DNA of 63,061 nt, the filler included, from Klebsormidium nitens (Eukaryota; Plantae; Klebsormidiophyceae), in the NCBI GenBank assembly GCA_000708835.1. It is 9 parts of 9 records of this genome, joined end to end, with 100 filler letters (N's around TTAATTAATTAA, not from the genome) between each part and the next. Parts side by side here need not be neighbours in the genome. Positions count along the whole stretch, not along the records: positions 60,330 to 63,061 come from DF238647.1; 8 more parts are not named here. One strand, 5' to 3'. Of this stretch, positions 60,330 to 63,061 are shown one piece after another. A program made the translations under genes and the position numbers. Each line of letters starts with the position of its first letter. Position 1 is the first letter of the stretch. The notes below the pieces were generated by a model. The model saw only the letters and a program-made list of their open reading frames with translations, did no database searches and was not told the DNA's origin.

Positions 60330-62883
60330 GGATGTGGCCTTTAGAGTCATTGAGGGGGTGTCGACGACGAGTGGCTCGTCGATTCGGGTAGCTCCAACGC
60401 CTAACCGGGACAAGAGCCAAGTTGAGAACCTCGAGATGTTCGGGGGGAGTGGCCAAGAATTCACGTTTGGCGAGAAGGGAACCCTATGGGCAGAGGGAAG
60501 CGGCTCGGTAGAGCTGCGGTGTGCGACACCGACCGGAGAAAGTCTGGTCGCTGTGCAGAACGTGATGTATGTCCCGGGGGTGGCGGCGAATTTGATCTCG
60601 GTGAGCAAGGCCACCGGGGTTGCGTCAGTGCAGTTCAAGGAGAACGGCAACTGTGAGCTTGAGGTTGACGGGGAGGTAGTTCTTGTCGCTCGCAAAGTGA
60701 AGGGGGTCTATGTGGTCAACCGGGCGGAGAAGGAGACGTGCTTCCTTGTGAAGAAGGCGGAAACGGCGGAGCTGTGCACCGACGGTTGAGACACGAAAAA
60801 TTGGCGAAGATGGTGCGGAGCGACCCTGTTGAAGGGGTCGGGGTGAAACCGAGTGCATTGAGGGCGCTTAAAACCTGGGTGTGTGAGCCCTGCATTATGG
60901 GGAAGCAAACTAGGCTCTTTTTCCCGGAATCCGACTTGGTGAGCACGGAGCCTCTTGAGCTAGTGCATATGGACGCATGCGGGCCAATGCCGGTAGCCTC
61001 GGTAGGGAGAAGCTGGTACTTTGCCACGTTCTTGGACGACTACAACAAACTCTCGGTCGTAGTTCCTTTAAAGCAGAAAAGCGAGGTGGCCAGAATCACA
61101 GAGCACGTGATCAAACGGTTGGAGTTGCAATTAGGGAAGCAGCTCAAGTCGGTGCGAACGGACCGGGGCAAGGAGTACGTCAACAAGGCCCTTGAAGACG
61201 TTTTCGGGGGCAAGGGGACGGTCCACGAGAAAACCGCCCCGTATAGCGCCGAGCAGAATGGGTCGGCGGAACGGCTTAACCGGGATTTTAAGGAGAAGAC
61301 CCGGGCAATGCTTGAGGACTCGGGGTTCGCCAAAGAGTTGTGGGCGGAAGCCGTGGTGACGGCCAACTACACCCGGAATCGGACGCCCGTGAGCGCCCAT
61401 GGGAGGACTCCCTGGGAAGTTTTCTTCGGTGAAAAGCCGACTGTCGGGCATATGAGGGTTTTAGGGGCCTGGGCGTTCCGCCACGTCCCCAAGCAGCGGA
61501 GGCGTAAGCTAGATCCGGTGAGCGAGCGATGTGTGTTTGTGGGGTACGAGGCCGGACTCGAAGGCGTACAGGTTGCTCCGGGAGCGTAAGGGGAAGTTAA
61601 TCATCTCCCGGGACGTCATCTTTGACGAGGGGATCGGGGGAGCTGGGGTTGTCGAGCTTGACTCCGACCCCACGAACGGTTCCCAGACGGCGGAGGGTCC
61701 CGGCGCACAGGTTCACACGGAGGCCCATGAGGGGCCAAAAGTTGAATCTCTGCGCAAGGGCGACGCGGCCGCGCGCGCTTGACGACCCGCGGCCGCAGCG
61801 CGCGCTTTCACAAACGGGCCAGAATGAGGGCAAGTTTGAAACTGGTGTCGCGAGATCAGGGCAGAGCCGGAAGAGATTGAAGAGGATATCGGGATGCAAA
61901 CACCGGCTGCCCAGAGGTACTCCGCGCGCGAGAGATGCGCACCGGGAGAGTGGTACCGCGCTAACTTAGCGGCGGAACCGAAGGCGGGGGAGCACCTCAA
62001 AGGGACGGGGGAGCACGAAGAACCGCGAAATTATCAGGAAGCCGTAAGGGGAGAAGAGGGTGAACTATGGCGGAAGTCAATGGACGAGGAGATGCGGTCT
62101 TTGTTGGAGAATGGGACCTGGGAGCTCGCCGGAAAAACCGGAAGGGGTGAAACCGGTTCCCATGAAGTGGGTTTACAAGATAAAGCGGGACGCTTTCGGA
62201 AATGTGGAGCGGTACAAGTCCCGGCCCGTGGCGAAAGGGCACCTGCAAAAGCAGGGAATTGACTTTGAGGAAGTCTACGCCCCGGCGAGCAAGCACACCA
62301 CATTGTGTGCATTGTTGGCGGTGGTCGCGGAGCGCGACTTGGAGCTGCACCAGCTGGACGTCAAGACGGCGTTCCTCAATAGGGGAGCTGGAGGAGGAGA
62401 TCTACTGTCAGCAGCCGAAGGGATACGAGCAAGGCGGGCCCAACATGGTTTGCCACCTCAAGCGCACCTTGTACGGGTTGCGCCAGGCGCCGCGTGCATG
62501 GCACATGCGCCTGAAGGAGGAGCTCGGGAACTTTGAGTTTGTGGCGTCAATGGCGGACGCGGCGCTCTTCACGGGAAAAGTAGCCGGGGAGCGGGTCTAC
62601 ATAGTGGTGTGGGTGGACGACATCCTAGTGGCAGCCCGGGGAGCGGAGCGCATTGCCAAAGCGAAGGCGCATTTGGGGGAGAAGTTCGACGTGCGCGACT
62701 TGGGGGAGGCGAAATACTTCCTCGGCATGGAGCTGACGCGCGATAGGGAGGCGCGCACCCTGAAGCTAATTCAAAAGAAGCTGACGGGGGAGCTTGTCGG
62801 ATTGTACGGACTAGCGAGCGCTCGGGCGCGCTCGGTCCCTCTCGCAACGGGGGACAGATTAACCAAAGAAGGTGAACCCCTCG
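60330..62883 (+). mobile_element. Decayed Ty1/copia pol (PR-INT-RT), inverted relative to 54062-57482, truncated by an insertion at 62884
   Basis: [66 protein letters not shown]. Colinear with the minus-strand copy. Confidence 0.96.
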
Positions 62884-63061
62884 TGTAACGATTACGACTG
62901 GTTAAGCCTAACCTCGTTCTCGACAGGATTTCGTTGACCTGCGGGTTAGCGAAACGGCGGTGGTTACGTCTTAACGACGCACTGCGTGGCTGTCTGCAAG
63001 ACGCCGTAATATCCCGGATGGATCGGCTTCTGTGAGCTGATGACACCGTTCAGGATATGTT
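62884..63061 (+). mobile_element. Probable start of an LTR inserted into the copia RT
   Basis: Copia similarity ends at CCCTCG and unrelated sequence starts with TGTAAC. The complementary terminus GTTACA is seen at 57583-57588. Confidence 0.6.

Noticed and set aside
54062-62883. Head-to-head copia copies around a gypsy fragment as one composite inverted-repeat element
   Set aside because: The three pieces are separate contigs joined by artificial spacers, and the copia copies are substantially diverged. The arrangement may be an assembly product.

Overview
Eukaryotic, repeat-rich nuclear DNA made of nine contigs (1-9105, 9206-19128, 19229-34201, 34302-38596, 38697-45935, 46036-53961, 54062-57482, 57583-60229, 60330-63061). 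They are joined by artificial 100-bp spacers (44 N + TTAATTAATTAA + 44 N), so adjacency across spacers is unproven. GT-AG spliceosomal introns, PPR exons and an intron-containing plant-type murG relic suggest a streptophyte alga or bryophyte (Klebsormidium-like; inference). Main signal: three spliced virus/plasmid-type replication-initiator genes, two Prim-Pol + Zn finger + D5/SF3 helicase (14661-18161 +, 38930-42930 -) and one AEP primase + Zn finger + UL9-like SF2 helicase (46078-53385 -). Each Prim-Pol/D5 gene has its own tandem-repeat family, present in its introns and flank, resembling origin iterons. I recognised no capsid, PolB or transposase gene. Also present: a spliced histone H3-fold gene with long N- and C-terminal extensions, a PD-(D/E)XK nuclease-like gene, a murG relic with motif-removing in-frame deletions, decayed Ty1/copia and Ty3/gypsy elements, and two solo LTRs of one family with TSDs. 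All gene models were spliced and translated by hand. Several 1-bp frameshifts lie in homopolymers and may be sequencing errors.
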